Part shown: in pieces, positions 35,665 to 49,463 of the stretch
How the letters are laid out: the number at the start of each line of letters is the position of its first letter
How positions within the stretch are numbered: the stretch's first letter is position 1
Assembly (NCBI GenBank): GCA_965112735.1
Contig: OZ218952.1
Span: forward strand, 1,798,001-1,862,000
Length of the DNA stretch: 64,000 bases
Reading direction: 5' to 3'
From: Phaeosaccion multiseriatum
Lineage: Eukaryota > Protista > Ochrophyta, other classes
The notes under the pieces: model-generated
What the model was told of the DNA's origin: nothing
The model's database searches: none
The model's input: the letters and a program-made list of their open reading frames with translations, nothing else
Made by a program: the position numbers and the translations under genes

Positions 35665-37031
35665 ATGAAGAGGGGAAGGAGCGTAGAACGTCAAAGTTCA
35701 ACCATTGTCCTACTTCTTCTGCTTCCGGTACATTGGGGACTTCATGGGCTCGCCTATGGAAAGAAGGGGGAGGATGTGCCTCGGCAGCGGCGGGCGGGGC
35801 AGTATGCACCGCGCCCATATCATCGGGAGGAGAAGCGTGGTTTGTTGCCTCTTGCGAGAGAGACAGAGCGGCGCGGGCGAGCTAATGGGAACAGGGGCGG
35901 CAAAGGGGTAACGCAGGATGCCCCGACATGCGTCGAGGATGTGCCGCCGCCCTTCAGCAAAGCGCTAACGACCATGACCCCGGGCCTGGTGGTGGGGCCC
36001 TATCGCTTGGAGGAACGCCTGGCCTACCTCGGGACCAACCCCGTGCAGCACGCTCTGGACTACGGTACGTAAGCTCACCCCACACCATATGCATGCATCT
36101 GCTTGTCCTGTCTGTTGAAGTCGCTCAAGCTCACGTTAACATTTTTGTCGAGCCCCCCCCCCTTCTCCTCTTTGCCGTCGCTGGTCCCTGTCCCCCTCCC
36201 GATGCCTGACTGGCCGCTGCCTTCCCCCTTCTCATCTCGCACTCTCGCCCTCTCCCCCTCTCACCCTCTCCCAATCTCGCCCTCTCGCCCTCTTTCCCTC
36301 TCCCCCTCTCATCCTCTCCCAATATCACCCTCTCGCCCTCTTTCCCTCTCCCCCTCTCGCCCACCCCCCCTCTCGCCGTCTCGCCAGCGTTTCACCCGCC
36401 GGATGTGACGGTTTGCCGCCGTTCTGACGGAGGCTTAGACTTTGCCCAACTTCCTCCCGCACAGCAGCAACAGCAGCAGAGCGTATCCGAAGGGGTAGAT
36501 CACGGAGCCGCACAGGGCTTAGCCCGTGTGGAGGACCGCCAGAGACCCAAAGGACACGCGGGAGAGGGTGAAGAAGGTAGTGGGGGGGATTCCACGTCGA
36601 CGTCCTCGTCATCATCTTACGCAGCCTCGGAGCACTTGTACTCCCTCGGTGGGTGCTTCGCCAAGGGGAGCCATGGGGAAGTGTGGAGAGGGCGGCGGCT
36701 GGACGAGGAAGGGGTTGAGCCTGCTGCACGGGGAGTTGACGAAGAAGAGGAAAGGGAGGAGGAGGGGGAGGAGGAGGATGAGGAGGAGGAGGAGGAGGAG
36801 GAGGAGGATCAGGAGGAGGCGGAGGAGAGTCGGGAGAGGAGGAGAGGCAAAGGCGCCCCTTCCTCTTATTCCTCCTCCTCTTACATTCTCAAGCGCATGT
36901 TGCTGGAGAAGGGACCGCACGTGTTGGCGGCGGGCAGGAGGGAGGTCTACTTTGGGGAGCTGCTGAGGCAAGTTGGCTATCACCCCCATGTGGCACGCTT
37001 TGTGGAGCATTTCTATCACACGAGTAGCAGT

Positions 37032-37117
<86 letters not shown>

Positions 37118-38954
37118 TAGTGACATTAGCGGCAGTAACGGCAGTGTAGAGTCTGCGGGAATGGGCAAGCCGCAGGACCGGGTGGAGGACCTGGCCGAAG
37201 GGTGTACAGAAGAGCAAGAGGAGGAGGAAGAAGGCTTCTTCCTTGACGATGCACGTCACAGCACTGACACTGACACTGAGAGTGACAGTGACATAGAACA
37301 AGAAGAAGAAGAAGAAGAAGAAGAAGAAGAAGAAGACGACCATGGCGGGGCCGTTCGCGATGAAGAGGTGAACGAGCTTTGGCTGGTCTTTCACGACGAG
37401 GGACAGAATCTGGTGCAATACATGTACTCCGAGAGGTAATTTGTTATGCTCTGAGGGGTGCGTCCACTCTATCCTCAATCCCTTCTATTTCGTGGGTACA
37501 GCGAAACATCCCCGCCCTGCTGCTTACCTTCCTCATGGAACACTCCACTTCCTCCACAACCATTACCTCCTCCCCTCACCTCTCCCATCTCCCTCACGCT
37601 CCCTCCTTTCCCCTTTTGACTTATCCCTCGCTCTTCATTTTTTCTTCTTATCTCCCTTTTGACATACTCCTCTTCCATCCCCTCTTGTCCCTCCCAGGCA
37701 AGCCCAGGGCTACGTACTGCATGAGGCCAGTGCCCTGTGGAGGGACATGCGACTCGACCCTCAGGGCCCCGAGGTGAGTGACTACTCCTATACGTAACAT
37801 TACGTGACATTACGTGATATGCGCCCAGCTGTTGCGCTGTGCGTCTCTCCAGTCGAATACTCACGTCTCTGTCGCTCTTTGCTCATTGCGCGGGGCTATC
37901 CGTCACCATGCATGCACACATGCACACAGGTGTTCAAGAGCCTGATCAGGCAGCTGCTGGAAGGTTTGGCACACCTACACGGGTTGGGCATCCTCCACAG
38001 GTGCTTATCTACCTACCTACCCTACCTACCTACCTACCTAGCTAGCTACACACCTACACCTGCCTACCCACCTACCTGCCTACCCACCTACCTACCTGCC
38101 TACCTACCTACCTAACTACCTTTCTACCCATCTATCTACCTACATCTACCTACCTACCTACCTACCTACCTACCTACCTACCTCTTCCCTTCCTTCCTAC
38201 CTACATACCTCCCTACCTGCCTTTCTCCTTACCTACCTATTATCACCTGAGTGTCACAATGTCCACCGTCCACACCAAAGTCTTCCTCGTTATAGATCAA
38301 ACTGATGGCCGGACTGCTCCTCTGCTGCGGCTGCCCCGCCCCTCCTTTGACAGGGACATTAAGCCGTCCAACCTCATGGTGGCGGAAAGGACTGCAGCCT
38401 CCACATCTGCTGAGTCGTCGCCGTCGCCGCCATCTGGAGCAGCCGGAGGAGTAGCCGCAGGAGGAGGAGGAGGAGGAGGAGAAGGACGAGCGGAGAGGGC
38501 AAGCTCTGACCGACAGAGTACGACTTTCAAGAATGAGTCCGGCAGAGCAGAAGACAGTGGTAGCAGCAACAGCGCCAATTGGGCTCCTTTGCTGAAGATC
38601 ACGGACTTCTCATCGGCAGTGGATGAGCAAGTAAGGAAGGGAAGCGGCGTGTGCGGGCGTGTGTGTCACACAGCTCGGGTGCATGGGGGAGACGCTTCTT
38701 TCATGTGTGTGCATCATCTTGTCGTCGTCGTCTTTCTTAGGGAGCTTCGCAGTCTTGCACGCTCCCCTCCCATCTTCCCCTCTGCACCCTCCTCTCCCTC
38801 CCTCCTTCTCCTCCCGCTGCCGCTCCTCGTCCTCCTCCTCCTCGTCCCCCTCCTCCTCCTCCTCCTCCTCCTCCTCCTCCTCCTCCTCCTCCTCCTCCTC
38901 CTCTTCCTCCTCTTCCTCCTCCTCCTCCTCCTCCTCCTCGTCCTCCTCCTCCTC

Positions 38955-38988
<34 letters not shown>

Positions 38989-40484
38989 TCCGAAGGTACT
39001 AGAGCAAGGGCTCTACGGTGCTGCTGGCCCCACCCACGACGAGTCCACCCTTTCCTACGCCCCACCAGAGGTTCGTTTCGACCCTGACCTTCCTTACGAG
39101 TTCGACAGACCAGAGAGCTACGACTTGTGGAGCGTGGGTGTTGTGATGCTCGAGCTCCTGCTGGGCACGCCTGAAGTCTTTACATGCGACCAGCGCACCC
39201 GAGCGATCCTGGATAGGAGGTTGGGGCATCTGCAGCCGGAGGAGAGAAGCAAGGTGAGAGAGAGAGAGAGACATACGGGTCGGGGCCGGTCGAGGCGAGA
39301 ATAGAGCGGAACGGAGCGATGAAGGAGGGTGAGGGTGAGGGTAAAGGGATTTATATTTATTTGTCCCATGCCCCTTCCCTCGTCTCTTGCTTTCACCCTC
39401 ACCTTCCCTTCCCTTCGCTTGCCTCTTTCCTCAACCCTCCTGCTTCTTCCCCTTCCTTCCCTTCCCCTCACCTTCCCTTCCCTTCCCTTGTTCGCTTTGC
39501 CTTGTCTCTTCTCTTCCTCTTTCTCATCCTCTTTTTCTTCTTGGGCCGGTGCGTGCAGGTGTATCTCCTGGCTGCGATGGCAGACTATTGTATATATTCC
39601 CCCCCAACGCAAGGAGGTAAGAGAGGAAAGAGGAAGGACAAGAGAGGAGACAGAAGAGGAGAGGGTAGAGGAGACAGAAGAACGGAGCGAGGGGTCCACA
39701 TGGACATGCCGTGCCGCCTCCCGGTCTGTCTGTTGGCGCGGGAGAGAGGCACCGCATAGATCGAACTTGTTGGGCACTCCTCCTCCTCCTCCTCCTCCTC
39801 CTCCTCCTCCTCCTCCTCCCCCTCCTCCGCCTCCTCCTCCCCCTCCTCCTCCTCCTCCTCCTGCCCCTCCTCCGCCTCCTCCTCCTCCTCCTCCTCCTCC
39901 TCCTCCTCCTCCTCCTCCTCCTCCTCTGCCTCCTCCTCCTCTTCCTCCTCCTCCTCCTCCTCTGCCTCCTCCTCCCCCTCCTCCGCCTCCTCCTCCTCCG
40001 TCCCTTCCCTACTTGCAACCCCCCCCCCTTCTCCTTGTATCATACGACACTTTCATTCAAACACTTTGACCTTGGCCTTGACCGAACCACGTCTCCCCTC
40101 CCTCCTCCCCCCTCCCCCCTCCCCTCCCAACCACCAGATCTTGAGTGGGGGCGTAGCAGCAGCAGCAGCAACAACAACAGCAGTAGTAGCAGCGACAGCA
40201 GCAGCGGCAGCGGTAGTAAGTACAGCAGCAGCAGCAGTAGGACGTCTCGTGAGCGGCGGGCCAGCAGCAGATGGCGACACTGGCCGCTTGGAGACATTGC
40301 TGTGGTGAGCGACTCGTGTACCCTCAGGGACCTCGATCAGGCCATTCAGAGCAGAGACCCGCTGGACATCGGCCTCAAGGACAGGTGAGTGAGGGATGGC
40401 AGTGGATGGGGTGGGTGGGGTGGGGGTGGGATGGCAGTGGATGGGGTGGGGTCGGGTGAGTGAGACACACGCCTCACACCACAC

Positions 40485-40564
<80 letters not shown>

Positions 40565-41589
40565 GCCCAGGTGGGGCCTGGACCTGCTTGCCCGCCTACT
40601 CAGGTGGGACCCTCTGGAGCGCATCTCCGCAGAGGAGGCCCTGACACACGCCTTCTTCACCGGGGAGCCACATCTCAGCGCTCTCACAGGGGCGGCATTT
40701 GCCCTGCAGAGAGAGGCGGAGGCGTACGACTTGATCTTTGAGAGCTCCCTCAAGAACAGGGAGGCAGCAGCAGCAGCCGCATCCGCAGCAGTTGGTGATG
40801 CAGCAGCGCCTCCGACTGGGACTGCCGGATTGGGGGGCGATCCAGGAGGAGGAGGAGGAGGAGGAGGAGAAGGAGGAGGAGGAGGGTCCGGGGGACGAGA
40901 TGAAGAAGGTGAGGTCAATTCCTGCACGCACAAGCGTAGGGCGCCCCTCCCATGATAACATGTTCCTTCTTGTCCCTGCTGTCTATCTGCTGCTGCGACC
41001 GCTGCCACATTGAACCAACGCACCAACGCCACTGCCCTTCCTCTTCATCTTCTTCTTCTATCTATCTCTCTCTGTCTCTCTCTCTCTTGTCCTTTGTGCC
41101 CGCTCCTCTTCGTCCTCCAGCCCGGACTCTCCGAGCCATGGCTTCTGCCTTCGAGCGAGGCCTCTTGTATTCAGCAAGTGATGGGAGGGGTGGACATGAC
41201 GGTCTTTACGGCGAAGGCGGCCACGGTTACACACTCAGGGATGGCGTGGCGGGTGAGGGTAGTACTGGTGCTGGTGAGAGGCGGCGTAGGGGAGAGGAGG
41301 AGGAGAAGGAGAAGGGGGGCCAGGAGGAAGAGGGGGGGGAGGAGCGGGATCAGGACGGGAGAGATGGGAGCGACGGGAAGCAGGAGGAAGGAAGGAGACG
41401 AAGAAGGAGAAGCAAAGCTGCTACGGGAGAAGAACAAGAACAAGAACAAGAGCAAGAAGACGTCCTCAGGTGGGACCTCGACGAAGCAAACCGCTCTATC
41501 ATCGTCACTCGGGGCGAAAGCAAAGTGAAGGTGCCAGACGGGCACGTGGGGGAGGAGAAGGAGCAGGGGGAAGAGGAGGAGGAGGAGGA

Positions 41590-41624
<35 letters not shown>

Positions 41625-43013
41625 AGGGGCTGCTAGTAGACCCAGACACCAGTAGCGGCAGCAGCAGTAGCAGTAGCAGCAAGGCGAGGCATCACCACCA
41701 CCACAACGACCATCTGCTGCCAGCCATGCCGGAGCACATTCGGCCCTTCTTATCCCCTCCGGAGCACGTGCCTCACCACCGCCAATTCAACCTCGAGACC
41801 GCGCACTCGCTGTCCCACCTGCGCTTCTCGTGCCCTCAGTGCGGCAAGACCTTCGACAGCTGGCCCTCTTGCCACGCCCACGCCAACGGCAGAGGCCACG
41901 CCAGCTTCTGCGAGTACGACACGTCCACTCTCCCCGACTGCACAAGTTCCCACAGCATGCTTCCCTTCGACCCGCACTCGGGCTGGTGCGACGTCAAAGG
42001 GCGGCGGGGCAAGCTGGAGGACTACCACAGCATTGTGTTTAGTGAGCAGTACAAGTTCTATGGCGTGTTTGATGGCCACTGCGGATCACAAGCGGCCAAG
42101 TACGCATCCAGGGTAAGTGTGCTTTGCGTCTGTGCGTGCGTACATGCGTGTGCGTGCGTGCGTGCGTGTGTGCGTGCGTGTGGGCGTGCGTGCGTGTGGG
42201 CGTGTATAGCGTTTGCTTGCGTTAGGTTATGTGCCCGGGCTTGGTTTCGCGTGCGTGCGCGCTCTAAGCGCTCTCTCTCGTGCGACGTATCCCTCTCTTC
42301 ACCCCCCCCCCTCCTTCTCCCTCGCTCTCTCTCTATCCCTCTTCCTCTCTTCATCCCACGCCCTCCTTCTCCCTCGCGCTCTCTCTCCCCCTCTTCTCTC
42401 GTCACCCCCCCCCCCCCCCTCTCCCTCGCGCTCTCTCTCCCTGCCTCTCTCTCTCTATTGTGTCATCATATCATCCTGCCTGTACGCATTTTTTACATAT
42501 CATCCTGCCTATACACCTCTACATATCATCCTGCCTAAACACCTCTACATCTCATCCTGCCTTACATATCATCCTGCCTATACACCTCTACATATCATCC
42601 TGCCTATATACCTCTACATATCATATACTGCATACACTCGTACGCGCATGCTGTAGGTGCTGCACACCAACATCGAGGAGGCGTTCCTCGCCTTGGAAGA
42701 CTCCTCTCCTGGCTCTTCTCGTTCTCGCTCTCGCTCTCGCTCTGGCTCAGCCTCTACCTCTGCCTCTGCCTCTCGCTCTGGCTCTGGCCAAGACGAGGAG
42801 GAGGAGGTGATCTTGGACGGCCAAGGCCAAGAAAAGGCGGAGGCTGAGGTTGAGGCTTCGCTACAGGTATGTCGATACTCTGTCGGTCTCTTCGCTCGCT
42901 TGATTGGAAGGATCTAATCGACTGTCACTGACACTGACACTGGCACTGAAACTGAAACTCAACCCCACTGCAGGCCGCGTTCCACAAGACTCATGTGGAC
43001 TTCATCTCGCTCA

Positions 43014-43049
<36 letters not shown>

Positions 43050-43326
43050 GGGGGGGGGGGGGAGGCGAAGGCGGGGGTGGGGGATACCGTGACAAAGACC
43101 GTGACAAGGACAGGGGCAAGACCAGGGGCCGTGATGGCGAGAGTAACTCCTCCTCTGCCCTTGCTTCTGCCTTGCAGGACGAAAGCGGCACGACCGCCTC
43201 TGTGGCACTTGTGTATCCGCACAAGGTGGTCATTGCTCATGTTGGCGACTCTCGAGCGGTGCTCTGCTGCGGGGGGGATGATGGCGGTGCTGCGGACTCC
43301 GCTGGCACTGGGGGCGGCAGTGGTGA

Positions 43327-43359
<33 letters not shown>

Positions 43360-44947
43360 TAGTAGTAGTGGCAGTGGTAGTAGGAACAGTAGTGGGAGGG
43401 GAGGCGAAGGTATGGGCAGGGGGAGGAGGAGGGCCAGCACGGGGGGGAGGGGAGGGGCTGCCATCGAGCTCACCACCGACCACACTCCGTACGATCCCAA
43501 AGAGAGGCAGAGAGTGGAGGAGGCGGGAGGGTCAGGTGAGTCGCGCGGTGCGGTGCCACACAAGAGGACAAGAGAGGCAAGGGGGGGGGGGGGAGGGGAC
43601 GGGAGGGGAGGGGAGGGGGGGGGAGGGGAGGGGACGGGAGGGGAGGGGAGGGGAGGGGAGGGGAGGGGAGGGGAGGGGAGGGGAGGGGAGGGGAGGGAAG
43701 GGAAGGGAAGGAAGGGCAAGGAGAAGGAAAAGGAAGGGGAGGGAAGGGGAGGAAAGGAAAAGGAAGGGGAGACAGAAGTGAATAGGGTCGAGTATTTAGT
43801 CGAGCCTCAGGGTAAAACTACTCCTCTCCCAAGCTGTGCCAATGCCTGTTCGTGTGTGTGGTTTGTGTGTGTGTGTGTGTGTGTGTGTCTTCTCCTCACA
43901 CCAGTGCTCCTTGCTTGCCCCACCTCACCCCTCTTCCCACCTACCACCTACCTCCCCTCCCCTTACCCCACCCTCCTCTCGCCCTGCGCCACTCTCTGCA
44001 GTGGAGCTCCGCGGTGTGCTGCGTGTGGAAGGAAGGCTTGCCGTTACCCGCTCTCTCGGAGACGGGCCGCTCGTCGAGGCGGGATATCTGTCCACCACCC
44101 CTGACGTCGTTGTATTGCAGCGGTGAGAGAGAGGGGGAGACGGAGAGGGAAAGGGGGGGGGGGGAGGGGAGGGAGGGAGAGGGGGAGATGGTCATCCTTA
44201 CTTTACTTTACTACCCTTGCCCCCGCCCTGAAACTCCATCATTCGTTTCCATTCCTCCTCCTTTGCGCCGCACCTCCTCTCATCCTCTGTTCCTCGACCA
44301 ACGGTATTGCTTGATTTGATTGCCCCTCTCGCACTTGCTGCTTAGGGGGAAGGAAGGCGACCCTGCGGCGTATAAGTTCCTCATCCTCGCATCCGACGGG
44401 TGAGGCGAGAGAAAAGATGAGAAGACAGATAGAAGGGAGGGAGGGAGGGAGGGAGGGAGAGAGACAGAGAGAGGGAGGCAGAGAGAGAGGGAGCGAGAAA
44501 GGGAGGGAACGAGAGAGAGGCAGGAGAGAGAGAGAGGGAGAGGAAGAGAGAGAGGGAGATAAGAGGGGGAGGGAGAGGAAGAGAGAGAGGGAGAGAGAGA
44601 GAGAGGGAGAGGAAGAGGGAGAGGGAGAGAGAGAGAGAGAGGGAGAGGAAGAGAGAGAGGGAGAGCGCACTTAGGCTGGGCTGACTGGGCAGACTGGCTG
44701 GGACTGACGAACTGGGGCAGCAGTGCTCAGTTTCAGTATTTCGTATGGAGAGCGGCTCTGTGCGGTGTGTTGCGGTGTGGTTAGGTCCCATTCGGTCCCA
44801 CGGGTGTGTTGTGCTGTGTCGAAGTTAGCGTCAGAGAATCCTCCCTGCCCCTGCAGTGCTCGGCCATCTCTCGGTTTTCTCGCTCTCTCTCTCTCTCTTG
44901 TCGCTCTCTCTCTCTCTCTCTCTCTCCCTCTCTCTGTCTCTCTCTTG

Positions 44948-44993
<46 letters not shown>

Positions 44994-45552
44994 TCTTTCT
45001 CCCTCTTTCTCCCCCCCTCTCTCTTGTAGCTGTCTCCCTCTGTCTTGTCGCTGTCTCTCTCTCTGTCTCTCTTTCTCCCTCCCTCTCTCTGTCTCTCTCT
45101 CTCCCCTCCGCCCCCTCCACCCCCTCCCTGTGCACCCCACCGCTGCATCACTGCATGCGTCACCACACCATTTCCCACCCAATCCCTGAAGGCCATCGCC
45201 TATCCGTTCGCCGTCCAATCCAAGGGGCTGTCGCCAGCCCTGACACTGCTGCTGTTGCTGGTTCTACCTGCCCTGTGTGTCTGTGCGTCGCTCTCTTCCC
45301 CCCCTTCCCTTCCCACCCCTCCCTACCTGCCTCCCTCTGTATCACCAACTCGTGAGCTTAGTCTGTGGGACGTCATGTCATCTCAAGAGGCCGTGGACAT
45401 GGTATTGGAAGTCATGCGAGGGGCCGCCAATGCCAAGGCTGACAACGAGTAAGTCCATCACAGTCCTCCCTCCTGCTTTCCCTCCCTGCCTGCCTCTTTC
45501 CCACTCCCTGTCGGTCTCTTCCCCCCTTCCCCGCTCTCTTGTCTTTTTCTGT

Positions 45553-45624
<72 letters not shown>

Positions 45625-46733
45625 TTTTTGTCTCGTCATGCTCTTGCAAATCTTCCTCCCACTCTTGCCTTTTCCTTCTCCATGCCGTCTCCACCCCGGC
45701 CTCTCGTCCTCTCTCATATCTCTCATGACCTGCTTTCCTCACACTCTCTTGCCTCTCTCCCATCTCTCTCATGACCTGGTTTCCTCACACTCTCTTGCCT
45801 CTCTCCCATCTCTCTCATGACCTGCTTTCCTCACACTCTCTTGCCTCTCTCCCATCTCTCTCATGACCTGCTTTCCTCACACTCTCTTGCCTCTCTCCCA
45901 TCTCTCTCATGACCTGGTTTCCTCACACTCTCTCTTGTCTCTCCCCTCTCTCTCTCGTACACCCCCACTCTGCCTTTGGACCCCACTCCTCATGTCTGCA
46001 GCAGTATAGACAACATCGAGGCAACAGCAGCAACCAAGAAGCCCCGGGGGGTGGGCAGGGCAAACGACGCTCTGGAGGAGGAGGCTCGTGACGTCATTCC
46101 ATTAGCACCACCAGCACCAGCAGATCCTTCGCTGCCCCGCCCCCTGGCCAGCCCGTGGAGGGGCCACTACAGCGAAGATCAGGTGTTTCAGCAGGCCGCG
46201 AGAGCGCTCACCTTGGAAGCTTACGTGAGGGGGGCCAGCGACAACGTGAGTGCGTGAGTGCGTGGGAGTGAGTGGGAGTGAGTGAGTGAGTGAGTGAGTG
46301 AGTGAGTGAGTGAGTGAGTGAGTGAGTGAGTGAGTGAGTGAGTGAGTGAGTGAGTGAGTGAGTGAGTGAGTGAGTGAGTGAGTGGGAGTGCGTGGGTATG
46401 AGTGCGTGAGTGCTGCGTATGAGTGCGTCGTTCCCTGTCCGCGAGTCGGGAGTTTTTATTTGTTTTGTAGTACTTAGTACGTGGGGAAATTACTGGACTC
46501 GCTCTTCCTTGATTCACCTTTGCGACTCCCTCTTCCTGGTCTTGCCAACTCCTCACAACGGTCTTACTCGTTGCCCTTCGCTCTTTGCTCCACGCCCTCT
46601 GCTCTTCACTACCTGCTATCTCCTCTGCTCCTTTCTACTACTATTGCTGCTGCTGCTGCTGCTGCTGCTGTTGTTGTTGTTGTTGTGCATTCAGATCGGC
46701 GTGTGCGTAGTGGACCTGCGTGGCTCCTGGTAA
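35665..46733 (+). CDS. Ser/Thr protein kinase + C2H2 zinc finger + PP2C phosphatase fusion protein (many exons)
   Basis: Kinase motifs: FAKGSHGEVWRG, YILKR, RREVYFG, LWLVF, ILHR|DIKPSN, ITDFSSA, YAPPE, YDLWSVGVVMLE, RISAEEALTHAFF. Zinc finger: CPQC-x12-H-x5-H. PP2C motifs: GRRGKLED, FYGVFDGHCG, SGTTA, HVGDSRAVL, DHTP, RLAVTRSLGD, LASDG|LWDV, GASDN|IGVCVV. Confidence 0.9.
42465..42630 (+). repeat. Intronic minisatellite, ~26-bp unit CATATCATCCTGCCTATACACCTCTA
   Basis: About 6 imperfect copies are visible. Confidence 0.85.
45721..45935 (+). repeat. Intronic minisatellite with a 46-bp unit (starts at 45721, 45767, 45813, 45859, 45905)
   Basis: Near-identical copies of TCTCATGACCTG(C/G)TTTCCTCACACTCTCTTGCCTCTCTCCCATCTC. 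Confidence 0.95.
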
Positions 46734-47326
46734 CTGTGGAAGTTTCGTAAGAGTTGTTGGGTGGGTGAGCAGAGCGCGGCAGTGCGGGGGAAAGGCCTCG
46801 GCTACGTGCACTGCTTCTGCGAGGCTCAGGCTCAGCTGCTTGAGGTCCCTGAGGCTGAGCTCAACTCAGCTCAGCTCAGCTCACTCTCAGTCTGGGGAGT
46901 GTGTACACAAAAGGGTATAGAGGGGGGGAAAGGAGATGATGGCAAGGCGGTCAAGGGCCGGATTTTATCGACTTACAGGAATCAACCAAATACCTACGTA
47001 TGTGTGCGTAGGGGGTAGGGGGAGGGGTACTCTGTGTAACTCTTACGCCCTGCAAATACATGTATCTAAGAGGGTGGAGAGTCAAATAGTGCGTGCTTTG
47101 TTTCAGTTTCAGTTCTGTAACCAACCAAGGAGCGGCCCGCTAATCGATTTATGCGTCATGTCTAGCCAACCCCGAGGGGCCGACCGCTAGTTTGCAATAA
47201 AAGGAAAGAAAGCGTCCAATCTCTTCAATTATCGTGCTACTTCAAAATTCGAGGCCCACTTTCCTTGACTTCAGAACTGGTCGGGGGACGAGAAAGGGCC
47301 CCCCCACAACAAGCCAGCACTTGCCC

Positions 47327-47696
47327 ATGGATGAAGCAGTCGATGGTGGAGAGGTCGTCGTGGCGGGAGGAGGAGCTCCGCCAGAACAAGTAGACGTGTC
47401 TGACTTGGCGTACACAAAGCTGATGTACCACACGATCCAACATCCACACGCCGCAGTGTGTGGCTTCTTGTTGGGGAAGCAGAGGGACGAAAGGAGGCTA
47501 GTGACAGACGCGATTCCCCTTTTCCACACACCCGTCATGGCTCCATTACTCGAGCAGGCCTCTCTGATGGTTCAAGTGTACCTATCGCAGTTAGAAGCGG
47601 TGAGTAGTTGGCCGTCCGGCCTCCCACCCCCTTATTCTCCCTCTCCATTCCTTCTCGGTTTTGTGGCCTTCTCCCAGTCGTTGTCCTTGTTGCTTG

Positions 47697-47761
<65 letters not shown>

Positions 47762-49079
47762 ATTCGGGGTGGTCTCCATTGCCCCCCCTTTGTTCTGCGG
47801 ATACTGCTGCTTGGCGCGCCTTCCACAGCATGCATGCCATCTTTCCACGTCCTCATACACAGTATTCTGTCTTCCTTCAACGTGACCTTCACTCTTCCAC
47901 TTCCCCAGCCCGTTTTTTCTCTAACCTTTCCAACCCCCCCTTCTCCCTCCTCTCCCCTCACTACTCACTACTCCACCAGGGCACTGTCATCGTCGGCCTG
48001 TACTGCGCTAACGCCGCTCTAGACGACAGCCAGGTCCCGGACATTGTGTGCCGAATGGCAGAGCAGGTGGAATCCAAGTATCCAGGCGTCGCAGTGCTGC
48101 AGGTACGCTGTGCGGATGAGCGAAGGAGGCATTGTGTGTAGGCTAAGCCAGAACTCTGTCGCGGTCTCATTTCCCCCTCTCTGACTGCGTCTGTTCATCG
48201 CTCAGCCCCACCCCCCCCCTCCTTCTCTCCTAACTCCTACCCTACTCTGTCTTTCTCTCTCTCGAGCCCCATCTCTCTCCCTCTCTATGTGTGTCGATCC
48301 TGCGTCTAGCCCTCAAACACACGCACGCACTCACACACACAATATGAACGGTACGCCCTTTTAGGTCAACAACAAACGCTTAGAGAACCCCTCGGAACAT
48401 GCCCTGCTCGCCTTTGCCAAGGACAGTGGCAAGACGTTTCGAAGGTGCGTTGCTTTGTTTGTTGGTTTGGGCATTGTTGGGCCGTGTAAGACCCCAACCA
48501 AGCCCAAAGGCCCACACGCATTCTTTGTGAGTGGCTCTTGTCAAGTGTCCCTGTGTGTGTGTGTGTGTGTCTGTGTGTGATGGAGGATGAGGAGGAGTTG
48601 GAGGAGTCGGAGGAGGAAGTTGTTGTTCGTGTGTGACGAATATGTTCGCCTCGACCGCCCAGCTCCGTGCGATGTGTCTGAGGAACAAAGTTGGGTAATG
48701 CATGGGGTACTGAATGGGGTACTGAGTGAGTGGGTGATTGATTGAGTGAGTGGGTGGGTGAGTGAGTGAGCGAGTGAGTAGGTGGGCTTGTGAGTCGGTT
48801 GAGCAGAGTAGAGTGGTGGATGCGGTGACCACATGTGTGGGGTGGATGCGGTGACCACATGTGTGGGCTTTGCTCGCTCGGCGAGCCTCTCGTCTCCTCT
48901 CGTCTCCCACGCCCGCTCAGCGCTGCGTTGGCCCTTGGTATTGGGCTGCCTTTCAGCACCTCAGTTAGTGAGTCATATCGTGTGTCAGTCAGTTGGCCCC
49001 TCTCCCTCTGTCTTCACACTACACACGTCATTCTTACGCGGTGTATCGTGGGTATGTGTATGTCCCCTCGTGTTTCCGT

Positions 49080-49118
<39 letters not shown>

Positions 49119-49295
49119 TCAATAACAACAAACAGAGGTATTGAGGTGGAAGTGTCGTCCACGGCTCGGGGGGTGTTGAGTAGCGCGGTGCTCGCTCCGT
49201 CGCTGTCCTCCAAGACTCGAGTTAGCGACTTTGACGACCACTTCGGGGACGTGACCAAGGATTGGAGAAACCTTGGCATTAGCGTGGCCCAATAA
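47327..49295 (+). CDS. EMC8: ER membrane protein complex subunit 8/9 (UPF0172, MPN-like)
   Basis: AYTKLMYH...PHAAVCGFLLG...VTDAIPLFH...APLLEQA; IVGLYCAN; C-terminal DFDDHFGDVTKDWRN. Confidence 0.92.
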
Positions 49296-49463
49296 CAAGG
49301 ATTGTGGAGAAGCCGCGGTGTTAACGTGGCCCAAAAGCAAGGATTGTGGAGAAGCCTCGCTGTTAACGTCGCCCAAAAGCAAGGACTGGGGAGAAGCCTC
49401 GGTGTTGGCGTGGCCCAGTAGCAAGGACTGTGGAGATACCTTGGCTTGAGCACGACCCAGTGG
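49256..49463 (+). repeat. Five tandem units (40+42+42+42+42 bp) starting inside the last codons of EMC8/9
   Basis: Units start with CAAGGA at 49256, 49296, 49338, 49380 and 49422. Confidence 0.93.

Noticed and set aside
47160-47192. Possible Helitron 3' end (CCCC-GA-GGGG hairpin then CTAG|T)
   Set aside because: The stem is only 4 bp, and there is no 5' end, second copy or Rep/helicase.
49256-49463. CRISPR-like array, tempting because of the Cas4-like nuclease in the window
   Set aside because: The units are contiguous diverged tandem copies of the EMC8/9 3' end with no unique spacers. There are no cas1/cas2 genes and the context is eukaryotic.
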